NCBI GenBank assembly: GCA_964016885.1
Contig: OZ024752.1
Coordinates: 50,096,001 to 50,160,000, forward strand
Reading direction: 5' to 3'
Length of the DNA stretch: 64,000 bases
Source: Eledone cirrhosa
Lineage: Eukaryota
Shown here: one piece after another, positions 1 through 11,365 of the stretch
Layout: each line of letters begins with the position of its first letter
How positions within the stretch are numbered: the stretch's first letter is position 1
Notes under the pieces: model-generated
Database searches by the model: none
Seen by the model: only the letters and a program-made list of their open reading frames with translations
Told to the model about the DNA's origin: nothing
Made by a program: the position numbers and the translations under genes

Positions 1-225
1 TATTATTATTATTGAATGCCATGGTTGACGGAGGCTCGGCTCTGTAAGGTATAGTAATTTTTAACCGTTAAAACAATTGTAAATTGTTTAAAACTTGAAC
101 CAAATTGTTGATAAAGACACCCTCCTCCTCGTGAGAGGGGTCTTTCTGTCCGTTATTTGGCCCTTCGGGGTTAAATAGCCAGTTATTGGGGTTTTGTACC
201 CAAAATTTCATTTTAAACAAAAAAC

Positions 226-2325
226 ATGGCTACCAAAAAAAAAAAATTTCATACGTCACTCCCACTCATTCCGTCTTCTTCTTCCTCAATCATCACTACA
301 GGAGAGAGAAGATTGTCTCTCTCCCTCCCTTCTTTAAATGTGTCTCTCTCCCTACCTTCTCTTTCGCAAGCGACGAAAGAAAAGAAAAGTCTCGTGCAAA
401 GCGTGCAAGGTTTCTCCACGACGACGACGACAGCGACGAAACAGGTGTGCGGGAAATACGAAAACCCAGTTCATTCGTCTGACGTCAGGAATAATAGCAG
501 TAGCAGCCGTAATAACAACAGCAACAGTGACAATGAAAACAACAGTAGCAGCCGCAACAGCATCACCAGCAGCATAAACAACAACAGCATTAGCAGCAGC
601 AACACCAACAACAACCACAGCAACAGCGGCGGAGGCAGTAGTCGTAGTACCTGCAGCAACAACAAAAGTACCAGCAGCTCTGACGACAACAACAACAGCA
701 GAGAAAAACCAATCTCATTTGCAGGTATTGCGAAAAACCTGGAAACAATCCTCATAACAAATGAGGAATTAGAGGAAGCGAAGAAGATGGTGACAAAGAA
801 CGGACACCGAGCAATCTGCAAGGCAGCGAAAAATTTTTTCGAAACCCAAGAGCACTGTACGGTCACGTACCGTACAGTAAGTACAAAATCCCGTAGGGTG
901 GAAAGAGCCACAGAGGCCCAAATACAAAAAGCCTTGGGGTCTGTGTGGCAGAGGAAAACGCACATCACCCGAGGCAAAAAATACGCCACCGTAGACGTAC
1001 TTTTTGCCACACCCCAGGAGGCAAAGGCCCAATCAGTAGTGACCCTAAGGAGCGAGGAAATGGTGTTGGTGCCCTCCTACTGCGGGCAAAAAATTGTGAG
1101 GGTCAAACTGACCCACGTCCCCCCCGGAATGACCCCTTCTTGGCTGGCCGCGTCTGTCCTCGTCGGAATCGAGGACAAAACAACTGTACTGCAAGTACAG
1201 AAAAAAGTAAGAGAAGATTGGGTCGGCTCCTCCATTGAGATGCTAATCCAAACCAACCAGGAGTGCATCGAAGCTATCCCGGATGTGATAGACTTCGATA
1301 ACGGCACTCAACTGCCCATAAGTGTTGAGGGCAAACGCCCGAAATGCTTTCGCTGTGGATCGAAGACTCACCTCAGGGCCTTCTGCAACGAGAAGACCCT
1401 GAGAAAGGAGAAAACCCCCCTCCTCCCGAATCCGGTTCCACGGCTACCAGCAACAGGACAAGCGGCAACCAGGAACGATAGGTCCGTGGCACCCATACCC
1501 ACTCCACGGAAATCAAAGACAGCAGCAGCAGTGGAAATATTAACAACAACAACAGCAATACCAAATGCAGCTGCAACAGAGACTCCAGTGCAAACATCAC
1601 CAACAACAACAAGTGAAAGAGTGGAGCTGGTACCCCTCCCCGACCTTACAGAATCAGACATGGAGTGTGAGGTGGGAGAGGGATGGCAAAAGGTCTCAAG
1701 AAGGCACAAACGCAGAAGCAGCGCATCGTCGCCTTTGAAAAGGGAGGAAAGAAATGAGAAAAGGGTAAAGTCTACTGCAAAGAGACCCACAGCAGCAACA
1801 CCACCAACACCATCACCACCCACACCAGCACCACCATCACCACCGGCGACAACCCCACCGCCAACAACACCTTCAACACCACCACCACAAGCACCAACAT
1901 CGCAAACACAACAACAAAACACACACACCCAGCAACAACGACAAGAAAATAGCAGAACCACACCCCACCCCCAGAAAAACAAATGCACGGCAATAAACAC
2001 ACACAACAAGAAACTAATGACTTACATAATTGAACACACAGACATTTCACAACAGGACTACATAATACCAGCACCAATCAAAACGCCAACTAACATAAGA
2101 CTGCTAAAAATAGCACAGAAACAATACACAAACATTAAAACGAAATTCCCCAACGCAGTTGGTGATTTCAGGGACCTAGGAGGAACCATTAATCGAAGAG
2201 TATATTCAGACATTCTCTTAGAAGAGCCGACGACCAGCCGAAGGGACGATTCAACGGTCCCTTCACCAGACGATCAAGTGAAAAGGGATGTAAAAACCAT
2301 CCCTCCTCTACCAAAAATACGGTAA
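226..2325 (+). CDS. Tx1-type ORF1 protein (nucleic-acid-binding, single CCHC zinc knuckle)
   Basis: 699-aa open frame with CFRCGSKTHLRAFC (CX2CX4HX4C), a Ser/Asn-rich N-terminus, a basic WQKVSRRHKRR stretch and a Pro/Thr/Gln-rich tract. Lies directly upstream of ORF2. Confidence 0.88.
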   Translation: MATKKKKFHTSLPLIPSSSSSIITTGERRLSLSLPSLNVSLSLPSLSQATKEKKSLVQSVQGFSTTTTTATKQVCGKYENPVHSSDVRNNSSSSRNNNSNSDNENNSSSRNSITSSINNNSISSSNTNNNHSNSGGGSSRSTCSNNKSTSSSDDNNNSREKPISFAGIAKNLETILITNEELEEAKKMVTKNGHRAICKAAKNFFETQEHCTVTYRTVSTKSRRVERATEAQIQKALGSVWQRKTHITRGKKYATVDVLFATPQEAKAQSVVTLRSEEMVLVPSYCGQKIVRVKLTHVPPGMTPSWLAASVLVGIEDKTTVLQVQKKVREDWVGSSIEMLIQTNQECIEAIPDVIDFDNGTQLPISVEGKRPKCFRCGSKTHLRAFCNEKTLRKEKTPLLPNPVPRLPATGQAATRNDRSVAPIPTPRKSKTAAAVEILTTTTAIPNAAATETPVQTSPTTTSERVELVPLPDLTESDMECEVGEGWQKVSRRHKRRSSASSPLKREERNEKRVKSTAKRPTAATPPTPSPPTPAPPSPPATTPPPTTPSTPPPQAPTSQTQQQNTHTQQQRQENSRTTPHPQKNKCTAINTHNKKLMTYIIEHTDISQQDYIIPAPIKTPTNIRLLKIAQKQYTNIKTKFPNAVGDFRDLGGTINRRVYSDILLEEPTTSRRDDSTVPSPDDQVKRDVKTIPPLPKIR

Positions 2326-2360
2326 GTGGTCTTTCCCATCTTTTCCACTCTATTTTAAAC

Positions 2361-5300
2361 ATGACCTCACTCAGAATAGGCAGCATAAATGCGCGTGGCT
2401 TGGGGTCGTCATGGAAGCAGGGTCACCTGCTCAACGACCTCAGGTCACTAAACATAGATGTAGTGGCCATCAGCGAGACCAGAATCTCCGAAGCACGGGC
2501 CTTCGCACCGATCTTCGGCGGCTACGATGTGTACGCATCTCCCAGCCGTCCTGGATCGGGTGGAGGAGTTGCTGTGCTTTTTCGGAGAGGTTTGGATCTC
2601 GCCATACGGGCCATCTTCCTGGACCCAGAGGGTAAGCTGGTGGTGCTGGACGTGACCAGCGGAGACGGGCAAGCTTTCAGGCTAGTGGCCGTCTATGCCC
2701 CGACAGGAGCAGGGCGGCCTGATTTCTTCCGGCGTCTGGAGACCTTTCTTGGAACGTCGCGCTCTTTAGTGTTAGTGGGCGACTGGAACGGGATCTTAGA
2801 TGCACGCTGGGACTGTGTGGGATTAGCGGATAGGGGTGGAGGGTGCAAGAGCCTCACCAACCTGCTCAGGCGTTTTGAACTGTCTGACAGGTACCGATTG
2901 GATTTCCCGAATGTGCCAATGTGGACTTGGACAAACCGCATAGGGTCATCCAGATCATATCTAGATAGAGTATTTTGTAGGGAAATAGATAGGTCTAGCA
3001 TAGGCTGTCCACAATTCAAGATAGTCAGCTACACGGACCACAAATTCGTGATCTGTGTGCTTGACTTAGATAGGCTTCATAGACGAGGACCCGGCTACTG
3101 GAAGCTAAACGCGTCCTTACCAGCGCGCAAGGCCTACAGAGACCGGATTAGCGAACTAGTTAAGCGGGCGTTGACGGGGGCCATCGTCAACAACAAGTGG
3201 TGGTTTGCTCTGAAAAGAGCGATTAGAATAGAATCGATTAGGTTTAGTAAGGCTTTAGCAATAGAGAAAAATAGAGCAGAGGGAGAACTAGTTAGAAAAT
3301 TAGACGAGGCGCTTAGCAAAGGCATTGCGACCGACGTGCTTGCGGCGAAATTGGCCCTTGACCAATTCTTCAATGCAAAGCACGAAGGCTGCGTTGTCAG
3401 AGCTAGGGTGCGTGCTCTCAGACACGAGGGGACGAAAGCCGTTCAATGGGCCCGAGTGGCGGAGGCGCGTCGTGGCAACAAAGCCACGATCCGGTCTTTG
3501 GTGGACCACGACGGGCGCATGCTACTCGATCCCGGGCAAATGTGTGAAGCTTTTCAGCGACACTTCGCTCAGCTGTTCGGGGGCAGCGGGGGGCCGGGTA
3601 GAGGGATGGACTTTAGTGTCTACCTCGACGGACTGCCGCGGCTCTCGGCCACTGAGGCGAAGTGTTGCGAAAAGCCGATAACAGCCGCTGAAGTAAGGGA
3701 GGCAATGACTGGCTGCACAAGGAGTAAATCGCCTGGTTTGGATGGTCTGCCCTATGAACTTTACGTACAGATGCCAGACTTGTTCGGAGGCCTCTTGGCG
3801 GACGTCTACTGCAACTGGCAACAGAACGGGAGAATTCCCAGTTCTGTGAGCCGAGGAGCGGTGGCACTGCTGAGAAAGGATCCGAACAAGGGGGATAACA
3901 TAGACAATTTCCGGCCCATAACTCTGCTAAACACAGAGTTTAAGATTTTGGCCAAGGTGCTAGCAAAGAGGTTGGCGCTTGTCGTTGGTGGTCTGGTGGG
4001 AGAGGCGCAGACATGCGCCATTCCCGACAGATCCATCCACGACAACCTCCACCTCATGCGATACATCGTAGAGAGGGTAGCTAGGGAACCTGGCACGGGT
4101 GGGTCCTTGATCAATTTAGATCAGTCGAAAGCTTTCGATAGGGTCGACCATCGTTACCTAGCGGCAGTCCTGAGGGCGGCTGGCTTTGGGCCCGTCTTCA
4201 GAGGCTGGATCGCTGCCATGCACAGCGACATCTGCTCTGTGGTGAGAGTGAACGGTCACCTGTCGGAACCGTTCAACATCATGCGCTCGGTCCGCCAAGG
4301 ATGTCCCCTCTCGTCCCTCTTGTACGTATTGACTCTCGAGCCATTACTGCACAAACTGGAGACGTTGAGGGGAGTCCCGCGCGAACTAGGATGCGGAAGA
4401 TCCGTGTCAGCATATGCGGACGATGTCACCGTAGTGGTGTCGAACGCCAAACACATCGAGGCGATCGGCACTACACTAAGAGAATACGAAGCGGTGACAG
4501 GAGCAATGATCAACCAGGAAAAGTCAGTGGGCCTGCAGCTCGGCACCTGGAGAGGCAGGTCCATGCCGTCCAACAGCGTCGTCGGGCGCTGGACGGACGG
4601 ACCGGTTAAATTGCTAGGGGTCTGGTTCGGTCCGGACCTCCAGACGGACAAAAACTGGGACGAGGTGACGAGCAGGGTGGCTTCTCTCACCCAGAAATGG
4701 GCGGAGAGGAAGCTATCCCTGAAAGGTCGAGCGGAGGTGGCTAACGCGTACATCGCGTCTGTCATCTGCTACCGCCTAACCGTCGTACCTTGTCCTAAGC
4801 CTCGCCTGACTGCGCTGGAGCGTTTGCTCTTTCGCTTTTTGTGGAAGGGACGTGCTCCGATGGTCAGGCGGTCCATCTGTTGTCAACACCCGCTACGTGG
4901 AGGGCTGGGCATGCCGTGGCTGATGATGCGCAGGCACGCGCTCAGGCTACGACATCTCCACCTCTTCCTCGACGGTGATCAGGTGTGGTCGCCGTTTGCT
5001 AGACGCGTTTTTCCCCAGCTCGTTTCCTTGACGGAGCTGCAGTCCTGGGTCAAGCGAAGACCGAGAGGGAGCGCCTGGAGACTGGAATGTCTTCAGGCGC
5101 TCACAGCCCTCGACCAATCGGGCAATGTGATCGGTGGAAACTCCACCTCGGCGTTCTATAGAGGATTAGTGGAGGGGAAGAGCGACGACGTACTTGGGGA
5201 AACTCTAGGCGTCGACGAAAATCAACTAGCCAATCTCTTCGGAAGAACTTTCGGGCCAGGGCCTATGGACAACTTCCAGAAATCTCTGGCCTGGCAGTGC

Positions 5301-5780
5301 TACCGAGGAGCCTTGCCAGTTCGGGATAAACTCTACAGGCATGGAGGTGCCGTCAGCCGGACATGTCCGAGATGCGCGCAGGGCGACGAAACCGTCCTGC
5401 ACGCACTCGTCCAGTGTCCGAAAATTGCTGACTTGTGGGTTTATGTCGAACACCTGCTGTCGCGTTTAGGACGGATCCAGCTATCATCTGAGTCCATCGT
5501 GAGGATTGCCCCGCCCTCCTCCTTTAGCCGGGAAGGGCAGGCAGTTTTTATCTGTCTGGTGGCCATGGCGAAAGAGATAGTATGGTGGACACGTTTGAAA
5601 GGGCTGAAGACGAGCACTTACCTCTTCGGTGATGCTCTGATTGACTTTTTCAAATTTCATTTGAAAAGGAAAATCAGAGTAGAGAGGGAAGTGCTCTCTT
5701 CCCAGCATTTTGTTGAAAGATGGGTGAGAGAAGCAAGAATGGCCCGAGTGAATGGGCCGACTCTGAGTATATATCTGTAA
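2361..5780 (+). CDS. Tx1-type ORF2: AP endonuclease + reverse transcriptase + C-terminal zinc finger
   Basis: 1139 aa. APE motifs SINARGL, ISETR, VYAP, VGDWN, SYLDR, TDHK. RT motifs KSPGLDG, FRPITLLN, DQSKAFDRV, VRQGCPLS, YADD, LLGVWF. C-terminal CPRC-x8-H-x4-C. Confidence 0.97.
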   Translation: MTSLRIGSINARGLGSSWKQGHLLNDLRSLNIDVVAISETRISEARAFAPIFGGYDVYASPSRPGSGGGVAVLFRRGLDLAIRAIFLDPEGKLVVLDVTSGDGQAFRLVAVYAPTGAGRPDFFRRLETFLGTSRSLVLVGDWNGILDARWDCVGLADRGGGCKSLTNLLRRFELSDRYRLDFPNVPMWTWTNRIGSSRSYLDRVFCREIDRSSIGCPQFKIVSYTDHKFVICVLDLDRLHRRGPGYWKLNASLPARKAYRDRISELVKRALTGAIVNNKWWFALKRAIRIESIRFSKALAIEKNRAEGELVRKLDEALSKGIATDVLAAKLALDQFFNAKHEGCVVRARVRALRHEGTKAVQWARVAEARRGNKATIRSLVDHDGRMLLDPGQMCEAFQRHFAQLFGGSGGPGRGMDFSVYLDGLPRLSATEAKCCEKPITAAEVREAMTGCTRSKSPGLDGLPYELYVQMPDLFGGLLADVYCNWQQNGRIPSSVSRGAVALLRKDPNKGDNIDNFRPITLLNTEFKILAKVLAKRLALVVGGLVGEAQTCAIPDRSIHDNLHLMRYIVERVAREPGTGGSLINLDQSKAFDRVDHRYLAAVLRAAGFGPVFRGWIAAMHSDICSVVRVNGHLSEPFNIMRSVRQGCPLSSLLYVLTLEPLLHKLETLRGVPRELGCGRSVSAYADDVTVVVSNAKHIEAIGTTLREYEAVTGAMINQEKSVGLQLGTWRGRSMPSNSVVGRWTDGPVKLLGVWFGPDLQTDKNWDEVTSRVASLTQKWAERKLSLKGRAEVANAYIASVICYRLTVVPCPKPRLTALERLLFRFLWKGRAPMVRRSICCQHPLRGGLGMPWLMMRRHALRLRHLHLFLDGDQVWSPFARRVFPQLVSLTELQSWVKRRPRGSAWRLECLQALTALDQSGNVIGGNSTSAFYRGLVEGKSDDVLGETLGVDENQLANLFGRTFGPGPMDNFQKSLAWQCYRGALPVRDKLYRHGGAVSRTCPRCAQGDETVLHALVQCPKIADLWVYVEHLLSRLGRIQLSSESIVRIAPPSSFSREGQAVFICLVAMAKEIVWWTRLKGLKTSTYLFGDALIDFFKFHLKRKIRVEREVLSSQHFVERWVREARMARVNGPTLSIYL

Positions 5781-6040
5781 ACTAAAGGTGGAAAACTGGG
5801 AGAGGGCACTTGCCTTGGTGGTCAGGGTCATTGTGGCTTTTTACTGGGCTTTCTCCACAAATGTCCCTCCGAAGTCTCCCCCCTATTGGGGAATTTTTCA
5901 TTGTTATTTTCATTGTTATTTTTGTTACATCCTCTGTTTTTGTTTTTTTACACGCAGAAATGCCCATTTGTACCGTCCTGCATTGTCCTGCACTGTCCTT
6001 AATGTCTACTTTATGTAAACCCTTGTGGTTAATAAAGAAA

Positions 6041-6042
<2 letters not shown>

Positions 6043-6085
<43 letters not shown>

Positions 6086-6588
6086 TTATCATCATCATCA
6101 TCATCATCATCATCATTATTAATATCATTGTCATCATTAATATTATTTCTATTATGATTATTATTATTATTATTATTATCATCATCATCATCATCATCAT
6201 TATTAATATCATTGTCATCATTAATATTATTTCTATTATGATTATTATCATCATCATCATCATCATCATTATTAATATCATAGGGTGGTGGATTGGCAGT
6301 ATCGGTAGAGGGTCGGACGCCATGCTTTCCAGCATAGTTACGTCCCTTTACGATCTGAGTTCAAATCCCGCCGAGGTTGACTTTGCCTTTCATCCTTACG
6401 GGGTCGATAAAATAAAGTACCAGTAATGCACTGGGTAATTGCTGGCCTTGTGCCTAAAGTAGAAACAATTATTAATATCATTGTCATCATTAATATTATT
6501 TTTTTATTATTATTATTATTATCATCATCATTATCATCATTATCATCATCATCATTATTAATATCATTGTCATCATTAATATTATTTC

Positions 6589-6619
<31 letters not shown>

Positions 6620-6620
6620 G
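6043..6620. repeat. Compound (ATT)n/(ATC)n microsatellite with locally duplicated blocks
   Basis: ATT/ATC runs, with the block attattaatatcattgtcatcattaatattatt recurring four times around the SINE. Confidence 0.9.
6282..6472 (+). mobile_element. tRNA-headed SINE, family A
   Basis: A-box-like TGGCAGTATCGG, B-box GAGTTCAAATCC, body gcctttcatccttacggggtcgataaaataaagtaccag, tail gtagaaacaattatt. ATTATTAATATCAT is duplicated on both sides. Confidence 0.9.
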
Positions 6621-7232
6621 ATACTATTTCTTGCTTTGTTTCGTTTTGTTTTCTGTTTTCTTTTTTCACACTTTGGGACAAGATGATATTTAAGACATTC
6701 TAACAGAGAAGACTTTATTTGGTTGAATCTCTTTACAATTGTTACTGAAAAAGTTGATGTCTCAGGTAGTTGTGAGACTTTAGTCATCATTCAGTGGAGG
6801 AGGAGGAGGGAGAGAGGAGACAAAGGGGAAGGGCTGAGCACCACACCATAACTCAATATCATCATCTTCTATAAAATCCACAGGAGTATAAAGCTATTAT
6901 TTCTTTCGACTATTTCCAAAACAACACTGCTATTATATAGGTAACCCTGCTAAAAACCCAGAGGGAAACTATATTGTTTAGCATTGTGTTTGAATCACTG
7001 GACAAAAAAATATATAAGAAGTTTGTAGTATCATGAGCGTGATTATATAACTTCAATCCATATGGGAGAACTTGGTGTCCACAGTAAATCTATCTCTTTT
7101 CACAGCCATGCCCACTAGTTTGGTTAAGTATGTGTAACGATCATAGGTATATTCTTCAATGTTGCTTTTGTTTACTTGCATACGGTTCTGCTATAACAAG
7201 AATGACACTTTTCCTACGTAGTCATTCCTTTC

Positions 7233-7285
<53 letters not shown>

Positions 7286-7298
7286 TAATGATAATAAA

Positions 7299-7489
7299 AA
7301 TTGTTTCTACTTTGGGCACAAGGCCAGCAATTACCCCAGTACATTACTGGTACTTTATTTTATCGACCCCGTAAGGATGAAAGGCAAAGCTAATCTCGGT
7401 GAGATATGAACTCAGATCATAAAGGACCGTAACTCCATGCTGCAAAGCATGGCGTTTGACCCTCTACCAATACTGCCAATCCACCGCCC
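7299..7489 (-). mobile_element. SINE family A
   Basis: Reverse complement of the 6282-6472 element. Confidence 0.88.
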
Positions 7490-7520
7490 TATATAATAAT
7501 GATAATAATAATAATAATAA

Positions 7521-7638
7521 TGATTTCATTTATTGGCCACAAGGGCTGACATGTAGGGGACAATACAAAGACAACAGACAGTGGAGGGTTTACAATAAGG
7601 ACGAGTAAAAGTGCACAATGGCAAGTCTAATTTAACAA

Positions 7639-7641
<3 letters not shown>
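7521..7641 (-). mobile_element. 5'-truncated 3' end of a Tx1-related LINE
   Basis: Minus strand ends cccttgtggccaataaatgaaatc, matching the full-length element's cccttgtggttaataaagaaatc. (AAT)n lies on both sides. Confidence 0.75.
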
Positions 7642-7712
<71 letters not shown>

Positions 7713-9094
7713 TCCAAATGTTTGTATGTTTTGTATGTAAGCACGCATATATAGATATATAAGTTAAGTCAGACTTTAATCCAATATCATAAGTATCTGT
7801 TGTTTTAAATAAACTAAGACATTTTATCAAATAAATATATATAAAACCAAATGCAAAGAATCTATAAAAAAATGGAATCGGAGAAAAAGATATTTATTTC
7901 TTTATATTCATTTAGATAAAAGAAAAGTAAAATTTCTCTCCTAATCAAAAACAATGTTATCTCAGTGAAGAATTTGTCATCTAAATCTCAAAGACACACA
8001 AAATTCTTGTTTAAGTTGACTATATTTGTTATATCCAACTTTAAAAGAACGACTGGAAAAGAAACATCCATCCCCCTTTCTAAAGATTGCTTTTAGATTA
8101 TTGAAGGATTTTATTTACATTTTAAAAAAGTTATTCTCTTTTCAAATATTCTTTCATTTTGTTATCTTTAAGTAAAGAAATTGGATTTATCTAATTGGAT
8201 TTAAATTTTTACTATTAAATTTTGCAGAAAAATGTTGCTCTTCAAATTATATTTCATTAAATAATTACTGATATCTAGAAACGGTATGTTAACATTAGAA
8301 TCGTAATATAATGTAGAAATAAGTCTGTCTTCAACTGATTTAATCTCAGATCCAAAGGCAGTATAGAGAATGGTTAGCCTTAAAATTCTATGAAAATAAC
8401 AGTCACTATCTGTTAACAGAATCTATTACATAAGGATATCTAGTTTCAATATTATATTCAATGGTTTGTGTTTAGTAAAATTCAAAATTAAACTGAAAAT
8501 ATACAGCTTCAAAAATGAAACTAAAATTGGTTTTATTATAAAAACTTGATGACTATCTACGTTATAAATTGATTTATTCAGACAAGTGTCCTTATCTCGG
8601 ATTTTATAGTCACAACATTTCAACCATTGTACTTGCTGGCCTTCTTCAGGTGCTTTTCATCTTCGGTAATGTTCTTAGATTTGTGAACCAAACCTTTTAC
8701 TCAAGCCATAGTTAGCAATCTATATTTACATTACATTACTCTATATATTTACATTACTCTATATATACTATTGTATTTTTGAGCTAAAGGCTTTATTTTA
8801 CATAATTGTCTCACATAATAGTGAATCTATGAGATTTTGATATCATTTATTTTGAGAACAATACCTTAACATCAATATGAGTGGCAGAATATTGACAGAA
8901 TTAATGTTTTTATAATATAAGCTATCTTTTATGGTCTTAAATTGCCTATCCATAATTTCATTTCTATATTGCACTGCTCAGGATTTTCAAAAATATTTGA
9001 AAATAATGAAGAATTTGAAGGGAATGATAGATTTAATATTCTCATTATTAAGCTGGTATTTGGAGCATAACTTAATAAAGGTTCTTACATATAA

Positions 9095-9313
9095 TAATTG
9101 TTTCTACTTTTGGCACAAGGCCAATAATAATTGTTTCTACTTTTAGCACAAGGCCAGCAATTACCCAGTACATTACTGGTACTTTATTTTATCGACTCCA
9201 TAAGGATGAAAGGCAAAGTTAACCTCGGCAGGATTTGAACTCAGATCATAAAAGGCCGTAACTCTTTGCTGCAAAACATGGCGTCCGACCCTCTACCGAT
9301 ACCGCCAATCCAA
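9095..9313 (-). mobile_element. SINE family A with a duplicated tail segment
   Basis: Family A body. aataattgtttctactttt.gcacaaggcca occurs twice. Confidence 0.85.
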
Positions 9314-9344
9314 AGGCCAATAATAATGATGGAAGGTTTTAGAA

Positions 9345-9545
9345 AATCCAGTGGAAGGAAGATACAGTAGAGGAAGACCACAGAAAACATAGGCAGAGGT
9401 GGTGACCTCAGATAACTGGAGCTGACAGAAGAGATGATGAAGACCATGACGAGTGGAGAGATGATATGCTGAAGAGGACCCGTCCCACTCTTGCAAGCAG
9501 GGAAAAGCGGATGTAAAATGATGACGATAATGATGATGATGATAA
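9345..9545 (+). mobile_element. RTE-type 3' end fragment with (GAT)n tail
   Basis: Similar to 45290-45490 and to the C-terminal coding end of the RTE ORF. Ends gcggatgtaaaatgatgacgat. Confidence 0.8.
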
Positions 9546-9854
9546 ACATTTTAAAATAAATAGCTTTGCATTGTAGAATGAGAGGCAGTTTGAGGCAGTT
9601 TGGTATCAAAAAAGGTTACTAAAGTAGACTAGAAGTAAACTTCAAAGTCAGCTAGTTAGAGATGGATATTATCAGAGACTTTAATGCTATGAAAAATATT
9701 CATTTCTCTGTGAAAAATTAATCAGATTATGATCACAGTCTATTAACACACACCTTTAAAAATGAATAACTTATGGACTTCCTTTTAGCATATGAAATCT
9801 GTTTTCAGAAATTATTCTTGTAAAAAACAAAATAATAGTAATAAATTTTAAAAG

Positions 9855-10174
<320 letters not shown>

Positions 10175-10837
10175 TGTCATGCATTATTTTTAAAGAAAAA
10201 AATTATTTCTAAAATAAATAAATAAATATATTGACAAAAATAAAGAGGCGCCACCTGGGATATATTCTAAACCATAAAGTTATTCAGTGAAATATTAGAA
10301 ATACTGCCTTTAACAATATGGCTTCATAAATCCAAATTATCTATATGCATAAAACTATTAAATTTGCTAAGTTCAATGAACAAAATGCATTGTTCTTAAA
10401 TGTAAAATGCTCGCCTGCGATATTTTCCCTTCTCTCTTGAGACTCGTTAAACAGTCGGATGCCTGCATGTATATAAGTAGTGACACTATTGGGATTTAAA
10501 AATTAGGATATCATAGGAAATTGACAAACAAAAACACGGATCTATGGATATCATTATATATATTATACAACATACAACAACGTACAACAACAGCAACAAA
10601 CGTTTTAAGGCTGTATTCACAGCTAAAGCAAGCTTCTCCATTTTACCCTATCATCTGCATCCCCGCCTTCACAAAACACTCTGGTTTTTAGTTCCTTCTC
10701 CATCACCTTTAACTATATTTTTACATGTTATAAGAGGTAACTAAAAGAACTGGCGCAAGGAAGGGTAGCTAGCTATAAAAGATTGCCTCACAAAGGACTT
10801 CATGTAGAGTATAATATTATAATATATTATATTATAT

Positions 10838-11056
10838 GAGGGCGGTGAATTAACAGTATTGGTAGATCATTGGACAACATGACTTGCGGCAGAGTTACAG
10901 CCCATTATGTTCTGATTTCAAATCTCACTGAGGCTAGCTTTGCTTTTCTTTCTTATAGGGTCGATAAAATAAAGTACCAGTAACACACTGGGGTCGATTT
11001 AATTGACTTTCTCTTACCCCAAAATTGATAGTCTTGTACCTAAATCATAAACCATT
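10838..11056 (+). mobile_element. SINE family A (older, longer-tail variant)
   Basis: Diverged head plus ggggtcgataaaataaagtaccag body, followed by (TATTA)n. Confidence 0.8.
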
Positions 11057-11100
11057 ATATTATATTATATTATATTATATTATAATATATTATATTATAT

Positions 11101-11290
11101 TGTGGATTGGCAGTATCGTTAGAGAGTCGGACGCGATGCTTTGCAGCATAGAGTTATGGCCCTTTATGATATGAGTTCAAATCCCGCCGAGATTAACTTT
11201 GCTTTTCATCCATACAGGGTTGATAAAATAAAGTACCAGTAATGTACTGGGATAATTGCTGGCCTTGTGCCAAAAAGTAGAAACAATTAT
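11101..11290 (+). mobile_element. SINE family A
   Basis: Family A head, body and tail, followed by (TATTA)n. Confidence 0.88.
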
Positions 11291-11365
11291 ATTATATTAT
11301 ATTATACCATATTATATTATATTATATTATATTATATTATATTATATTATATTATATTATATTAT

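Larger units (their letters stand above)
14..6042 (+). mobile_element. Apparently full-length Tx1-type (L1 group) non-LTR retrotransposon
   Basis: ~210-bp 5'UTR, ORF1 with a CCHC knuckle, 35-bp spacer, ORF2 (APE-RT-zinc finger), and a 3'UTR ending AATAAAGAAATC. TAT/ATT repeats lie on both flanks (1-13 and from 6043). Confidence 0.93.

Noticed and set aside
338-5831. Many overlapping and antisense ORFs
   Set aside because: Shadow frames of the GC-rich Tx1 ORFs, with no recognisable motifs.
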